From Methanotrichaceae archaeon (GTDB taxonomy: Archaea > Halobacteriota > Methanosarcinia > Methanotrichales > Methanotrichaceae): a stretch of DNA of 64,000 nucleotides. This document shows positions 9,159 to 20,153 of the stretch, piece after piece (the stretch's first letter is position 1; each line of letters opens with the position of its first letter). The notes under the pieces are model-generated. The model was not told where the DNA came from. It ran no database searches and was given only the letters and a program-made list of their open reading frames with translations. Both the position numbers and the translations under genes were made by a program. The stretch spans positions 26,232 to 90,231 of the forward strand of contig CAVVKN010000007.1 in assembly GCA_963748825.1 (NCBI GenBank), given 5' to 3'.

Positions 9159-10592
9159 TCACATCCCCAGGCGGATGTGCTTCGTTTCCAAATAGGCCTC
9201 CAGGCCATAGTGTCCCAGCTCTCGCCCAAGGCCGCTCTCCTTCCACCCACCAAAGGGCGCCTGCAGGTCCACCACGTTGTTCACATTGATCCCGATGCCT
9301 CCCGCCTCCAGACCCTCTGCGGCGCATAGCGCCATCTTGAGATCGTTGGTAAAGATGTAAGCTGCGAGGCCGTACTCGCTGTCGTTAGCCAGGGCAATGG
9401 CCCCCTCAAGCGTCTTGAACTTCATAATCGGTGCCACCGGCCCGAAGGTCTCCTCTCGCATGACTCTCATGCTGTGGTCGGCCCCACCCAACACAGTGGG
9501 TCGGAAGAAGTAGCCCTTCTCATAAGCCTCGCCTTCCGGCTCCCGTCCGCCCGTGAGAAGCTCTGCCCCTTTTTCAATCGCATCGGCCACATGCCCCTGC
9601 GTCCTATCCCGCTGCGCCCGGCTGAACATGGGACCCAGGTCCACATCAGGCTCAAGGCCATTGCCGATCTTCAGCCGCTCGGCACGCTTCACAAGCTCCT
9701 CAGTGAACTGCTCGGCCACCTCCTGCGCCACATAAATTCTATTGACGCTGATGCAGATCTGGCCCATGTTGGAGAAGGCACGCTGGGCGGCGGCAGCAGC
9801 CGCTGCCTCTAAATCGGCGTCCGGGCAAACGATAAAGGGCGACTGGCCACCCAGCTCCAGGGATACGCGCTTGATATGGGCTGCAGCGTGGGACATGATC
9901 CAACGACCGGTCCCTGTCTCACCGGTAAACGCAATCTTTCGGGAGATGGGATTTTCCACCAACTCTGCCCCCACCTCGCCGCCCGGCCCGTGAACCACAT
10001 TGGCTGCGCCAGCCGGCAGTCCGGCATCGCAGACCGCCCTAACGAATTCAGTGGCGGCGAGAGGAGCGAGGCTGGGCGGCTTGGCCACGAAGGTGCAGCC
10101 CGCGGCAAGGCAGGGCGCGACCTTCCAGGCTAAAAGATCCACGGGAAAGTTCCAGGGGGTGATGAGAGCGGCGACGCCCACTGGCTGCCTCAGCACGATG
10201 CTTCTGCTGTGCGGAGAAGAAATCCATTCGCCAAAGTTTCGCTTGCCCTCTTCAGCGTAGTAGTCCAGGACATCCGCCGAGGAGAGGATTTCCATCCTGG
10301 CGTTCTTGAGGGGCTTGCCCTGCTCCAGAGTAAGCAGGCGTGCTATCTGTTCGGCTCGCTGCCGTACTAGGTCAGCAGCAGCGTGCAAGATCTTTGCTCG
10401 CTCCTGGCAGGAGGTTGCAGACCAGATGGGAAAAGCCCTCTTGGCCGCCTCCAGGGCCAGGCAAGCATCCTGGCGCGAGCCTACGGCGACTTCTGCCACA
10501 GGTTCCTGGTTAGCTGGATTATAGATGATCTCGACTTTGCCGGACAGGGAGATAACCTGCTCTCCGTTGATAAGCATATGAGATTGGTGCAT
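9159..10592 (-). CDS. NAD(P)-dependent aldehyde dehydrogenase (GabD/succinate-semialdehyde dehydrogenase-like)
   Basis: ITPWNFP, FTGETGTG, LELGG, GQICIS (catalytic Cys), EETFGP, PFGGWKESG. Confidence 0.9.
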   Translation of the reverse strand: MHQSHMLINGEQVISLSGKVEIIYNPANQEPVAEVAVGSRQDACLALEAAKRAFPIWSATSCQERAKILHAAADLVRQRAEQIARLLTLEQGKPLKNARMEILSSADVLDYYAEEGKRNFGEWISSPHSRSIVLRQPVGVAALITPWNFPVDLLAWKVAPCLAAGCTFVAKPPSLAPLAATEFVRAVCDAGLPAGAANVVHGPGGEVGAELVENPISRKIAFTGETGTGRWIMSHAAAHIKRVSLELGGQSPFIVCPDADLEAAAAAAAQRAFSNMGQICISVNRIYVAQEVAEQFTEELVKRAERLKIGNGLEPDVDLGPMFSRAQRDRTQGHVADAIEKGAELLTGGREPEGEAYEKGYFFRPTVLGGADHSMRVMREETFGPVAPIMKFKTLEGAIALANDSEYGLAAYIFTNDLKMALCAAEGLEAGGIGINVNNVVDLQAPFGGWKESGLGRELGHYGLEAYLETKHIRLGM

Positions 10593-10953
10593 AATGACCT
10601 CTTGGTAGTCATCGTCTAGCCACTTAAAGACTGTTATCTTAGATTTCGACAATATTACCGTTTATCAATAGTTTGAGATCCAGGGAATGCAGAAATTAAG
10701 AAGGAATTACAGGACCCCAGCATAGAACTCAATTAATCTTCATTGGCATGGCCTTGGATTTGCTTGAAAAAAAGATGTCTTGCAGAACAAAATACTTATA
10801 TCTCTTAAAAGGACTGATGTAATAAAGTAATTACATATGTTAAGGATCTGGATAGTACGTCATCAGTATATTTCGAAAGAAGCTTGCAAGGAAATGGATG
10901 CAGCTTACAAGGCGAATCCGCGATGATGCAGTACTTATTGATGGATTGGTGGA

Positions 10954-13950
10954 ATGAGCATTTGCTTTGACAACAGGCGAAGCTACTTTCGCAGCGCTCT
11001 GATGCTGGCTGCCACCATTGTGATTGGGTATCTGGCCCTTTTAATTTTATTAAGAAATGATCCGGTGTTTCGTCTCACGCTCAATGATTTGCTCTTTCCT
11101 GTATTTAATGGACTGGCAGCAGTCGGTTTGCTCTACGCGGCCTTTCGCTCTGATATCTTTGGACGGCGTGCACGCATTGCATGGACCTTTCTGTTTCTGG
11201 GCCAGATTTCTTTTACGCTGGGAGACATAACCTGGGCTGTCCTGGAGCTGGGCTTCCATCAGGAACCAATAGCTTCAGTATCCGACGCTTTTTATCTAAT
11301 GTTTTATCCATTCCTTGCCATAGGCATTCTTCTCTTACCCGCAGTGCCATTAACTCGCAAGGAGAAACTCAAGTTATTGTTGGACACCGGAATCGTAATG
11401 ATCTCGGCAGTTCTGGTCTTCTGGGCTTTTTTAATTGAGCCAACTATCGCGGCCAACAGAGAAGATACAATGGTTTTGGCAATCTCCCTGGCATACCCAG
11501 TAATGGATTTGATTTTATTTTTTGCCTTGCTGCAATTGCTGTTTAGGAGGCTACGGTCGGCGGAACAAAGGCCATTATTACTGCTGTCTGTCGGTATTGC
11601 CACGGGGATCATCACCGATGTTGTTTATCTCATGCAAACTCTCCAGGAAACATATGCAACAGGCAACTTTTTGGATATGGGATGGCTGGTCAGCTACGCC
11701 TTTATCGGGCTGGCTGGAGTATTGCAGGCAGATATCAGTAAGCTTGACCCATCTAGTCGTTCTCATGAAATTGAACCGCGTCGCGAACAATTCGCCTGGC
11801 TTACCTATTTACCCTACATTTGCGCTGTAGCTGCCTACCTTATGCTCATCTGGAGCCATTACAATCTACTAGATTCTTTTTCAGTGTTTTCCTTGGGCAT
11901 AGGCGCCATCATAGGACTCGTGATCCTTCGCCAGGTCGTGGCACTTGATGAGAATGTGAATCTGTTTAAGGCTGCCCAGATGGAGATCGATGAGCGCAAG
12001 CGAGCAGAAGTGCGACTTCGGCAAAGCGAAGAACGTTACCGCGACGTCTTCGAGGCCGCACCGGATGTGATCTTCACTATCTCGTCAAAGGATGCAACGT
12101 TCACATCTCTCAATCCAGCCTTTGAGAAGTTTTCCGGATGGCCTGCAGCAGAGTGGCTCGACAAACCATTTATAAAAATCATTCATCCGGAAGACATTCC
12201 TATCGCCCGAGAAATGTTTAGCGATAGCCTGGAAGGAAAAAATGCACGATCCCATGAACTGAGGTGCTTAATCAAATCCGGCGAGTATCTAACTGCTGAG
12301 ATCATAGGCGTTCCCCTGATTGAAAGCGGAAAGATTGTAGGAGAGCTTGGATTTGCTCGAAACATCACCGAGCGCAAGCAGGCGGAGGCGGAATTACAGA
12401 GGGCCAAGGAAGCTGCGGAGGCGTCAACCGAAGCCAAGTCTGAATTCCTGGCCAATATGAGTCATGAGATACGCACGCCAATGAATGCAGTTATCGGCAT
12501 GACAGGACTGCTACTGGAGGCGGATTTAGCGCAGGAACAGCGAGATTATTTGGAGACTATTCGAAGCAGCGGAAATACATTGCTGTCCCTCATCAATGAC
12601 ATCCTGGACTTCTCAAAGATCGAAAGCGGCAAACTGGAGATGGAATGTCAGCCTTTCGACCTGAGAGACTGCGTGGAGGACTCTTTGGATCTGGTGGCCG
12701 CCAAAGCTGCTGAGAAAAGGCTGGAAGTCATATACATTTTTGAGAATAATGTACCGGAGATAGTAATTGGGGATGTTACCAGGCTCCGCCAGATCTTGGC
12801 CAACCTCTTGGGTAATGCAGTGAAGTTTACCGAAAAGGGAGAGGTGGTGCTGGCAATTAGCTCTTTGCCTCAAGAGCCTGGAAAAATCGAGCTGAATTTC
12901 GCAGTTAGGGACACGGGTATTGGGATATCCAAGGATCGAATGGACAGGCTGTTCCGGTCCTTCAGTCAGGTCGATTCTTCTACTACCAGACATTATGGAG
13001 GGACCGGGCTAGGCCTGGCCATAAGCAAACGCCTCGTAGAAATGATGGGTGGAAGGATCTGGGTAAAGAGCGAACCGGGAAAGGGCAGCACTTTCCAGTT
13101 CACCATAATCGCACAGTCACCTGCACCCAAAGAGGCAGTCTCTACGAATTCCAGCCTGACAGGGAAGCGAATCCTTGTGGTCTATGGAAATGACATTTCC
13201 CGAAGCATGCTGGCAGAAGCCGCGCGTTCTTGGGGAATGATTCCGGCAGTGGCTGCTAGCGGAAAAGCCGCCCTGGAAATGCTCGCTGCAGAGACCTTTG
13301 ATTTTGTGATTCTGGATGCAGTATTGCCTGATGTAGACGGCCAGTCCCTATCCAGAAAAGTTAAAAGAGGCAAGAATGCGGATATTATATCTGTGATATT
13401 CACACCAATCGGCCGCAGCCTCCTCCGTGAGACACAGGTCGACGGCTGGCTGACCAAGCCCATCAAGCCCATCCAGCTTCGCAATCTTTTGATAGAATTT
13501 CTATTGCCAGAAAAAGATTTGCTGCCGAACATTGCCGGCTCCAAGCCCTCTCCCAGCGAGATTAAGGATCGCAGTCTACGTATTCTCATGGCAGAAGACA
13601 ATCCCGTAAACCAGAAGGTGGCCCTTAGCATGCTAAAACGCATCGGATATCAGGCTGATGTAGCTGCTAATGGCTTCGAAGTTTTGCAGGCATTGGAGCG
13701 GCAGCCCTATGATGTTGTGCTGATGGATGTGCAGATGCCGGAGATGGACGGCTTTGAAGCAACGCGCCGCATTCGCAGCTTGGGATCCAAGATTTGCATA
13801 ATAGCAATGACTGCCCACGCGCTTAATGGCGATAAGAGAGCCTGTCTAGATGTGGGCATGGACGAGTACGTCAGCAAGCCGATCAGGATGGAAGAGCTGC
13901 AAAAGGTTCTGGAAAGATGCGTCGCAACCAGGGACTGCAGCGGCTCATAA
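10954..13950 (+). CDS. Membrane hybrid sensor histidine kinase (multi-TM, PAS, HisKA, HATPase, two REC domains)
   Basis: H-box [15 protein letters not shown]-box NAVKFT, G-boxes DTGIGI/GGTGLGL, C-terminal REC (AEDN...LMDVQMP); first REC degenerate. Confidence 0.92.
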   Translation: MSICFDNRRSYFRSALMLAATIVIGYLALLILLRNDPVFRLTLNDLLFPVFNGLAAVGLLYAAFRSDIFGRRARIAWTFLFLGQISFTLGDITWAVLELGFHQEPIASVSDAFYLMFYPFLAIGILLLPAVPLTRKEKLKLLLDTGIVMISAVLVFWAFLIEPTIAANREDTMVLAISLAYPVMDLILFFALLQLLFRRLRSAEQRPLLLLSVGIATGIITDVVYLMQTLQETYATGNFLDMGWLVSYAFIGLAGVLQADISKLDPSSRSHEIEPRREQFAWLTYLPYICAVAAYLMLIWSHYNLLDSFSVFSLGIGAIIGLVILRQVVALDENVNLFKAAQMEIDERKRAEVRLRQSEERYRDVFEAAPDVIFTISSKDATFTSLNPAFEKFSGWPAAEWLDKPFIKIIHPEDIPIAREMFSDSLEGKNARSHELRCLIKSGEYLTAEIIGVPLIESGKIVGELGFARNITERKQAEAELQRAKEAAEASTEAKSEFLANMSHEIRTPMNAVIGMTGLLLEADLAQEQRDYLETIRSSGNTLLSLINDILDFSKIESGKLEMECQPFDLRDCVEDSLDLVAAKAAEKRLEVIYIFENNVPEIVIGDVTRLRQILANLLGNAVKFTEKGEVVLAISSLPQEPGKIELNFAVRDTGIGISKDRMDRLFRSFSQVDSSTTRHYGGTGLGLAISKRLVEMMGGRIWVKSEPGKGSTFQFTIIAQSPAPKEAVSTNSSLTGKRILVVYGNDISRSMLAEAARSWGMIPAVAASGKAALEMLAAETFDFVILDAVLPDVDGQSLSRKVKRGKNADIISVIFTPIGRSLLRETQVDGWLTKPIKPIQLRNLLIEFLLPEKDLLPNIAGSKPSPSEIKDRSLRILMAEDNPVNQKVALSMLKRIGYQADVAANGFEVLQALERQPYDVVLMDVQMPEMDGFEATRRIRSLGSKICIIAMTAHALNGDKRACLDVGMDEYVSKPIRMEELQKVLERCVATRDCSGS

Positions 13951-13954
13951 AAGC

Positions 13955-14157
13955 TCGTTCTCGACGCAATTCATCTCGTCATCGGGACGAAAGACTTGGG
14001 ATGAATGCCCTGCTCATGGAGCGATCTAAGCCAGGAGGCTTGCCACCCCAACGCCTCAGCGACTACGCATATCTTGAATTCTCGGTCGTTGTGCCGTCTC
14101 ATTTTCATCTACATTGATGTTGCTTAACTCATTGTCCACTCGTATGGGTTCACTACA
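13955..14157 (-). mobile_element. IS3-family remnant (left end plus degraded orfA)
   Basis: Minus strand begins TGTAGTGAACCC...AGTGGACA (IS3-like IR), then MKMRRHNDREFKICVVAE...EQGIHP with frameshifts, like IS3 OrfA HTH. Confidence 0.55.
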
Positions 14158-14297
14158 ATCTATAATTTCGCTTTTTCATCGGTCAATGTATTATTAACAT
14201 TATGAGAATGGTATTATAGTTAAAGATAAGAAGCTGGATCACCATCTGAGAAATGAAAAGGAGAAATGAAAAATCTTGGAAATTTGGAGGCTTGGAT

Positions 14298-14843
14298 ATG
14301 GATGCTTTTGTCGAATCTATTGATTCCTGGCGAGATTTCTATATGCTGACCGGTTCTGCATCTGCAACTCTCGTTGGGCTGATCTTTGTTGCAGTCACAT
14401 TGCATATTGATGTCATAGCCGAGGAAAAAAAGTCAAGCGACATTCGCATGCTCGCAGAAGAAATATTTATAAATTTCTTGATGATTTTATCCTTTGCCTT
14501 CATTTTCTTGATACCGTCAGATACACCCACTGGAGTCGGCTATCCGCTTCTCATTCTGGGCACGATACAAATAGTGCATACAGCCATTCTGTGGCTGAGA
14601 TTCTTAAGAAGCAGGGGCGAGCATAGGGTCTTCGCATCAAGCATGATCTTAAGCGGACTATTGATTCCCAATACGATCTGTTACTTGACTTTGATTGTTA
14701 TCGGCGCAGACGTCCTGCAGGGCGGGACTCACTACCTGGGTTGGATGGTGATGGTAATAGTATGGTTGACCATCTCAGCAGTCAAGAATACCTGGCATTT
14801 GATGATGAGAGTTGCCGAACTGAAGCGAAACCGCCAGGATTAA
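14298..14843 (+). CDS. Hypothetical integral membrane protein
   Basis: WRDFYMLTGSASATLVGLIFVAVTL motif, several TM helices; start could be 14253. Confidence 0.65.
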   Translation: MDAFVESIDSWRDFYMLTGSASATLVGLIFVAVTLHIDVIAEEKKSSDIRMLAEEIFINFLMILSFAFIFLIPSDTPTGVGYPLLILGTIQIVHTAILWLRFLRSRGEHRVFASSMILSGLLIPNTICYLTLIVIGADVLQGGTHYLGWMVMVIVWLTISAVKNTWHLMMRVAELKRNRQD

Positions 14844-14892
14844 GGAATCATGCATAGAAAAATCTCTGGGCCGAAAAAGTATTTAGGCTTGA

Positions 14893-16128
14893 ATGGCTAG
14901 CATTGTCTCCGATGCAGCCGCCAAGAGAAAGGGGATGTGCCCTCTGAACGACGATCTCTGGGTCATCTCATTCCTGGGCAAAGACCGGCCGGGACTGATT
15001 CGCGATATCCTGGAGCAGCCTGCCCAGCAGAACGTGAATATCGTAGATATGGATCAGCGAGTGATGCAGGGCATATTCGTCATGTCTGTGGTAGCAGATT
15101 TTGCCAATGCACGCGTCACAGCTCGCGAGCTTGAGGCATGGCTGTCAAAGAAAGCAGGGAACCTTGGCATTCAGTTCGGCTTCCTGCCCCTCGGCCAGTA
15201 CCGGGGCCGGAGGCGGTCGAAGAAGAGCCTGCACGTCGTCACCATTCTGGCCAAAGACCGGGCAGGCATCATCCGCGATGTGGCAAACGTGGCTGCTGGA
15301 AATAAGATCAATATCGAACGGGCATCGGTCACGGCACGTGGCGATCTCATCTCCATTGAATTTCTCATGGACTTTTCCGATTGCGATGAGGATGATTGCA
15401 AAGCCAAGCTCAAAAAGGAATGCGAGCTGCTCGGCCTGGACGTGGTGATTCAGGAGCTGGGCCGCTCCCGCAAAGAGAAGCGGCTCATCGTCTTTGACAT
15501 GGACATGACCATTGTCGATTTCGAGATCATCAACAAGCTGGCCGGCTTTGCCGGAGTGGACGAGCAGGTAAAAGCGATAACTGAGAAGGCCATGAACGGA
15601 GAGATGGACTTCAAGGAGTCGCTGCGCCAGAGGGTGCTCCTCCTCAAGGGAATGCCGCAGAGCACATTGCAGGAGATTGCATCCGACCTGCAGCTTACCC
15701 CCGGATCGGAGGAGCTTCTGCATCATCTAAAGCACGTGGGCTACAAGATCGCCCTCATCAGCGGCGGCTTTACCTATTTTACCGATGTGCTCAAAGAGCA
15801 GCTGGGCTTTGACTACACCTTTGCCAATGAGCTGGAGATTGAGGACGGCGTTCTCACCGGCAAGATCAAAGGGGATATCATCGATGCCGAGGCCAAGGGT
15901 GGCATCATCTACCGGCTGGCGGAGCTGGAGAAAATCAGCCCGGACAGCATCGTGGCCGTGGGAGATGGAGCCAACGACTGCCTCATGATCAAGAACGCAG
16001 GCCTCGGTGTGGCCTTCAATGCCAAAGAGGTTTTAAAGAAGGTATCCGACGGATCACTGTCCCGGGAGAACCTGCTGGGGCTGCTCAATGTCCTGGGCCT
16101 GGCAGAGAAGGAAAAAGAGATGCTTTAA
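14893..16128 (+). CDS. serB: Phosphoserine phosphatase with two ACT domains
   Basis: GKDRPG and AKDRAG ACT motifs, HAD motif FDMDMT, ISGGF, VGDGAND. Confidence 0.88.
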   Translation: MASIVSDAAAKRKGMCPLNDDLWVISFLGKDRPGLIRDILEQPAQQNVNIVDMDQRVMQGIFVMSVVADFANARVTARELEAWLSKKAGNLGIQFGFLPLGQYRGRRRSKKSLHVVTILAKDRAGIIRDVANVAAGNKINIERASVTARGDLISIEFLMDFSDCDEDDCKAKLKKECELLGLDVVIQELGRSRKEKRLIVFDMDMTIVDFEIINKLAGFAGVDEQVKAITEKAMNGEMDFKESLRQRVLLLKGMPQSTLQEIASDLQLTPGSEELLHHLKHVGYKIALISGGFTYFTDVLKEQLGFDYTFANELEIEDGVLTGKIKGDIIDAEAKGGIIYRLAELEKISPDSIVAVGDGANDCLMIKNAGLGVAFNAKEVLKKVSDGSLSRENLLGLLNVLGLAEKEKEML

Positions 16129-16177
16129 TTTTTATTAAAAAATATTGAAATATTTAGATCAAAGGCCGCTCTGGGCC

Positions 16178-16550
16178 TCACATTAATTCTTTAGGATTAG
16201 GATATTTTACGTCGAAGGTGTACCAGCTGTAGCCATTTATCCCTTCCTCATAGACCGAGGAATAGTTCAGATCCATGCTGAGGCGGAAGAAGCCATTCGG
16301 CCGGTTATTGGGTGCACCCCAGGAGTTTAGCAGTATCCAGTAGCGGTTATTGGGATCGGTATCGTTGTAGCCCAGGCAAAGGACGGTATGAGCACCGTTA
16401 TCGGGACCATCGGAGTATGAACTGCCCCTTCTGGGCGTCCAGACTGCTTCCTCTGGCTCAGAGTTCCAGAACTCCATGAAGGGAGACCAGTCGTCCAATG
16501 CGTAATTGAAGATCACTGCCTTATTGGAGGCAAGGACTTGCCATGCTCTG
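16178..16550 (-). pseudogene. C-terminal fragment of papain-like C1 peptidase
   Basis: GAHTVLCLGYND and YWILLNSWG (catalytic His/Asn); N-terminal catalytic Cys region missing. Confidence 0.7.
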
Positions 16551-16558
16551 CGCCTCTT

Positions 16559-16915
16559 CTAGCGCTCCAGCAGTTCCAGAAACTCCTTCTTGCTCATCCT
16601 CACATCGCTCATTATCTCCATCAGAATTCCCTGCCAAAGTTCTTCTCCTAGATACACGGGGATTACTGTGCTCCTGCCATCGGGATGCTTCATGATAAGG
16701 TAGCTGCCTCTTTGCCTTACTGGATGAAAGCCAATTTTTCTCAGGGTTTTGACGACAACCTCGGCTTCAACAGGTCTCAACTCAACAACTTGCACACCCA
16801 CAAAGCTTCCCATAGTGCTGCTTCCTTCTGTCTCCAGATAGAGCAAAATGGCCTCCTTGATTCTGCTCATTAAATCGTCAGGGCTTTTTGGCCTGTGTGT
16901 GACAGCCGGGTGGTG
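16559..16915 (-). pseudogene. Degraded hicB-hicA toxin-antitoxin pair, fused by deletion
   Basis: PGCHTQAK (frameshift) SPDDLMSRIKEAI = HicB; GFHPVRQRGSYLIMKHPDGRSTVIP = HicA (catalytic His appears as Tyr); 5' end cut by the adjacent IS. Confidence 0.7.
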
Positions 16916-16974
16916 ATTCAACTATAGGTTGTTATAAATAGACATATACTGCATATGCACATGGGTGTAGCAAA

Positions 16975-17421
16975 ATGGGAAAAAGAGGTCCAAAACCACG
17001 ATTCTTGGATGTGGCATGTCCAAATGAGAAGTGTACTCTATTTGGAGTTGCTGGAAAAGGAAACGTTACTGTCTATGGCACCTATGAGAGAAGTTCCGGC
17101 AAGGGCAGGAAATTTGTCTGCCATACATGCGAAACTACGTTCTGTGATAGAACTAACACGCCATTTTATGACCTGCGAACAGATGAAAAGAAAGTCGAGA
17201 TGGCTTTAAAAATGGCAATGCACGGAATGAGCGTCTTAGGGATCGCAGAGACCCTAGAGGTAAAACCGTCTACCGCAAGCACTTGGGTCTCCAGAGCGGG
17301 GATTCATTGCGAAAAAGTTAATGAAATTGTTTTAAACGACGTCGAGACGCCAAAAGTTGAGATGGACGAACTCTGGACATTCGTGGGAAAAAAACGTTGC
17401 CCCGGAAAGGGCACAATCTAG
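16975..17421 (+). mobile_element. IS1-family transposase, N-terminal part (zinc ribbon plus HTH), truncated
   Basis: CPNEKC...CHTC zinc ribbon, HTH, EMDELWTFVGKK motif ending at a GGAAAAAAAC slippery run; downstream DDE part absent. Confidence 0.75.
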
Positions 17422-17506
17422 AAATCCAGTGATATAGTGAAGGCAGGATACATCCACCCGAAAATATTTTAATCTTCAAGCGAAATGTACCCTGTGTGAC
17501 CCTTCA

Positions 17507-18075
17507 ATGACACAAATACAGCTTACCATGAAAAACTTTCCCTTCGTCGAACAGTTGAAAGCGATTTTCGAGGGATATTCGGACGATTACGAGTACACTT
17601 CGAATGGAATCTTCCGCAAAATTAAACCACAATTATGTACTGATTGCGGGACTCCCATGAACCATAATGGCTTCAATAATCATACCAAGAGGCTACTCGG
17701 AGATGTTAAGATAGGCAAATATCTGTGTCCCAATTGCAGCAAAAATATTGAGGAAGAACATGGGTTTTGGGAGAACGCGACGAGCGCATTTTTCGGATTA
17801 TTTGGCGGTCTTTGTCAGCTCCTGAGGGTTAATCATGTCTCCCTGGAGGTAATCGAGAAAGTATCAAACTACATCTATCCGCGCAGCAAGGACACCATTT
17901 GCACGATGATCAAATCTGCGACAGACAATATGGTGGTTCCCAATATCGGAGATGTTCAATTTGTTCACTATGATGAGCAACATCCCAAGACAGGTAGAAG
18001 TCAGAAATACCGACTAACTCTCCTCGATTATAGGACGAAACAAGTGATTGCAGATGAGTTATTCGACTCCGATCT
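17507..18075 (+). mobile_element. Truncated transposase of a second IS (methanogen ISNCY-like), nested after the IS1 fragment
   Basis: CTDCG...CPNC zinc ribbon, FVHYDEQHP (first catalytic Asp), YRLTLLD; similarity ends near 18070. Family call tentative. Confidence 0.6.
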
Positions 18076-18129
18076 GCTGTCCCGGCCGGTGAAGTTATGG
18101 CCCCGGAAGAGGTTTTTGGTATCGTTAGC

Positions 18130-18322
18130 CCGCAGACCCCTATATAGCCCGGATGCAGGAGTTGTGTGGAAGTGTGGACTATTGCGGTCTGCTCCACTCA
18201 ATCAAACCGGATCGTAATCCTTGCGAGGCTTAAAACCCCCAACTGCTCAGCGTCCTGCACATTCATTATGGCAACTGCTTTCCACCCGCTTCCAACCCTA
18301 AGAACGCCGCTCTAAGCATCAT
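18130..18322 (-). pseudogene. N-terminal remnant of AMP/thymidine phosphorylase
   Basis: Reconstructed MLRAAFLGLEAGGK/AVAIMNVQDAEQLGVLSLARITIRFD*VEQTAIVHTSTQLLHPGYIGV, resembling the archaeal AMP phosphorylase N-terminal domain; one frameshift and one stop. Confidence 0.5.
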
Positions 18323-18421
18323 TTCCAGCATATATCTTCTGCGAAAAGAACAAAATATCAATAGACGGGAGCAAATTTAGATCTTTCTAATACCTGAAGA
18401 AATTGCTGAAAAAAAAGAGCG

Positions 18422-20098
18422 TCAAAGGAAGTCTTCTGACCCTTCCTCATCTCGAACGCCTTCATCCTGATGAGGCGGGTTGATAAGATCCGGCAAATTC
18501 AAGGCAGAGGCAGGTATGCCCATCGATATGGATGTCTTTCGCAGCTCCCTGATGATGGACCCGATTCTCTCGAAGGAAAAGAGTATCTCGGAGACCATCT
18601 CACCTGAAGTGCTTTTTGCGGCCAGCCTGATGAGGTATGTCTTGTAATGCCAGTTTAACACCTGGCGCAGCAGTTCATCATTAGCGCGCATTTTTCTATC
18701 GACATCTTCCGGCATTTCCGGGAATGCTGCCATAAGATATTCGATATTCTCCCGACAAGGGCTCGCCATCTCCAGCATTTCAATGTAGGAATCCTGAGAT
18801 AGTGTCATCTTCTTCTCACTCATCAGCTCAAATTTTTTTGCCATGGATACCATCTGCTGCGCCATCAAACCGCCAAGGTCGGCAACTCGTGCTAGAATAG
18901 CAATGTGGGCGGCATCTTCCACTGATATCTCTCGATTGGAAAGAGAGACGATGGCTGATATGATCTGAGAATGCAGATAATCGACATAGTCCCTCAAATG
19001 CACAATTCTTGAACACATGTCTGCACTGCCGGATGCGACCTGCAGAGTACTCTCAAATATATCTTTGCAGATCCTCAGCATGTGCACAATCTCCTTCTCC
19101 ACCAGAGCTATGGCTGCTGAGACATCATCGGGCAGCTTTGGGGAGATATGCTCGGTCACGAATACTATCTCTCCATCCTTTTGCGGCAATATCCTCATGA
19201 TGAAGCTGGAAAACGGCCTTATAGCCAGCAGAAATATAATCGCAGAGGTAGAATTAAAGATGAGATGAGCATTTGCTACCTGCTGAGCGGCAGTGCCTCC
19301 CATGTTTTCAACAAAGAACGAAAAGTCCTCAATTAACGGCAGGAAGAGAAGCACACCCAGGAAATTGAAGAGAAACTGAGCAAATGCTGTGCGCTTTGCC
19401 GCGGTATTCATGGAGAGGGAGACGACAAGCCCGGTTGTTGTTGTTCCGATATTGGCTCCCAGTATCACCGGAATGGCCTGGGCTGCCGTGATCAGGCCGC
19501 TTTGGGCCATGACGACGATCAGGCCAGCTGTGACAGAGCTTGACTGGAATATATTTGTTATGACAAAGCCGATGACAATTGCCGTCAGGACATTATCGGC
19601 CATGGAGAGCAGAGCTAGAACATCGGCATTTCCCTGCAATGGGGATACTATCGATGAGATCAGATTCAGGCTGTAGAAGACCAGCCCGAAGTAAAATACC
19701 GGCTTGCCATAGGCTCGATAGGGGCCGCGAATCAGGCTGGCGGCAAATCCCAGGATCACAAATAGCGGGGCGAATGCCGTCAGTTTAAAAGCAACAAGCT
19801 GCGCAGTGAGGGTTGTGCCTATGTTTGCCCCAATAATTAGTCCGAGGGAACCCAGGAAAGAAATTGCTCCCGCATTTACGAGCCCTACGGCGATGATGGT
19901 GGTGGCAGTGCTGGACTGAAGGATGGCCGTGACCGCCGCCCCGGCAAGAGCGCCGCGAAGAGGGGTCCTTGTCGCCTTTTGCAGCAAGGCTCGGAAGCGT
20001 TCGCCTGCCACATGCCGCACTTCCTCTGAAAAATTCTCGATGCCGTAGAGGAATAATATGACCGCGGGAATTACGGCATATAATAAATCCCATATCAT
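18422..20098 (-). CDS. Na+/Pi cotransporter family protein with PhoU-like C-terminus
   Basis: Duplicated QSSTATT/QSSSVT and GANIGTT motifs. Confidence 0.88.
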   Translation of the reverse strand: MIWDLLYAVIPAVILFLYGIENFSEEVRHVAGERFRALLQKATRTPLRGALAGAAVTAILQSSTATTIIAVGLVNAGAISFLGSLGLIIGANIGTTLTAQLVAFKLTAFAPLFVILGFAASLIRGPYRAYGKPVFYFGLVFYSLNLISSIVSPLQGNADVLALLSMADNVLTAIVIGFVITNIFQSSSVTAGLIVVMAQSGLITAAQAIPVILGANIGTTTTGLVVSLSMNTAAKRTAFAQFLFNFLGVLLFLPLIEDFSFFVENMGGTAAQQVANAHLIFNSTSAIIFLLAIRPFSSFIMRILPQKDGEIVFVTEHISPKLPDDVSAAIALVEKEIVHMLRICKDIFESTLQVASGSADMCSRIVHLRDYVDYLHSQIISAIVSLSNREISVEDAAHIAILARVADLGGLMAQQMVSMAKKFELMSEKKMTLSQDSYIEMLEMASPCRENIEYLMAAFPEMPEDVDRKMRANDELLRQVLNWHYKTYLIRLAAKSTSGEMVSEILFSFERIGSIIRELRKTSISMGIPASALNLPDLINPPHQDEGVRDEEGSEDFL

Positions 20099-20153
20099 TC
20101 AAATTCCTCAAGCATGCGGCAACAAATGATAATAACTAGCATCTCTCTTAGTA

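Noticed and set aside
16559-16921. Novel HicB-HicA fusion protein
   Set aside because: HicB 5' end is frameshifted and truncated and HicA lacks its catalytic His; it is a deletion product.
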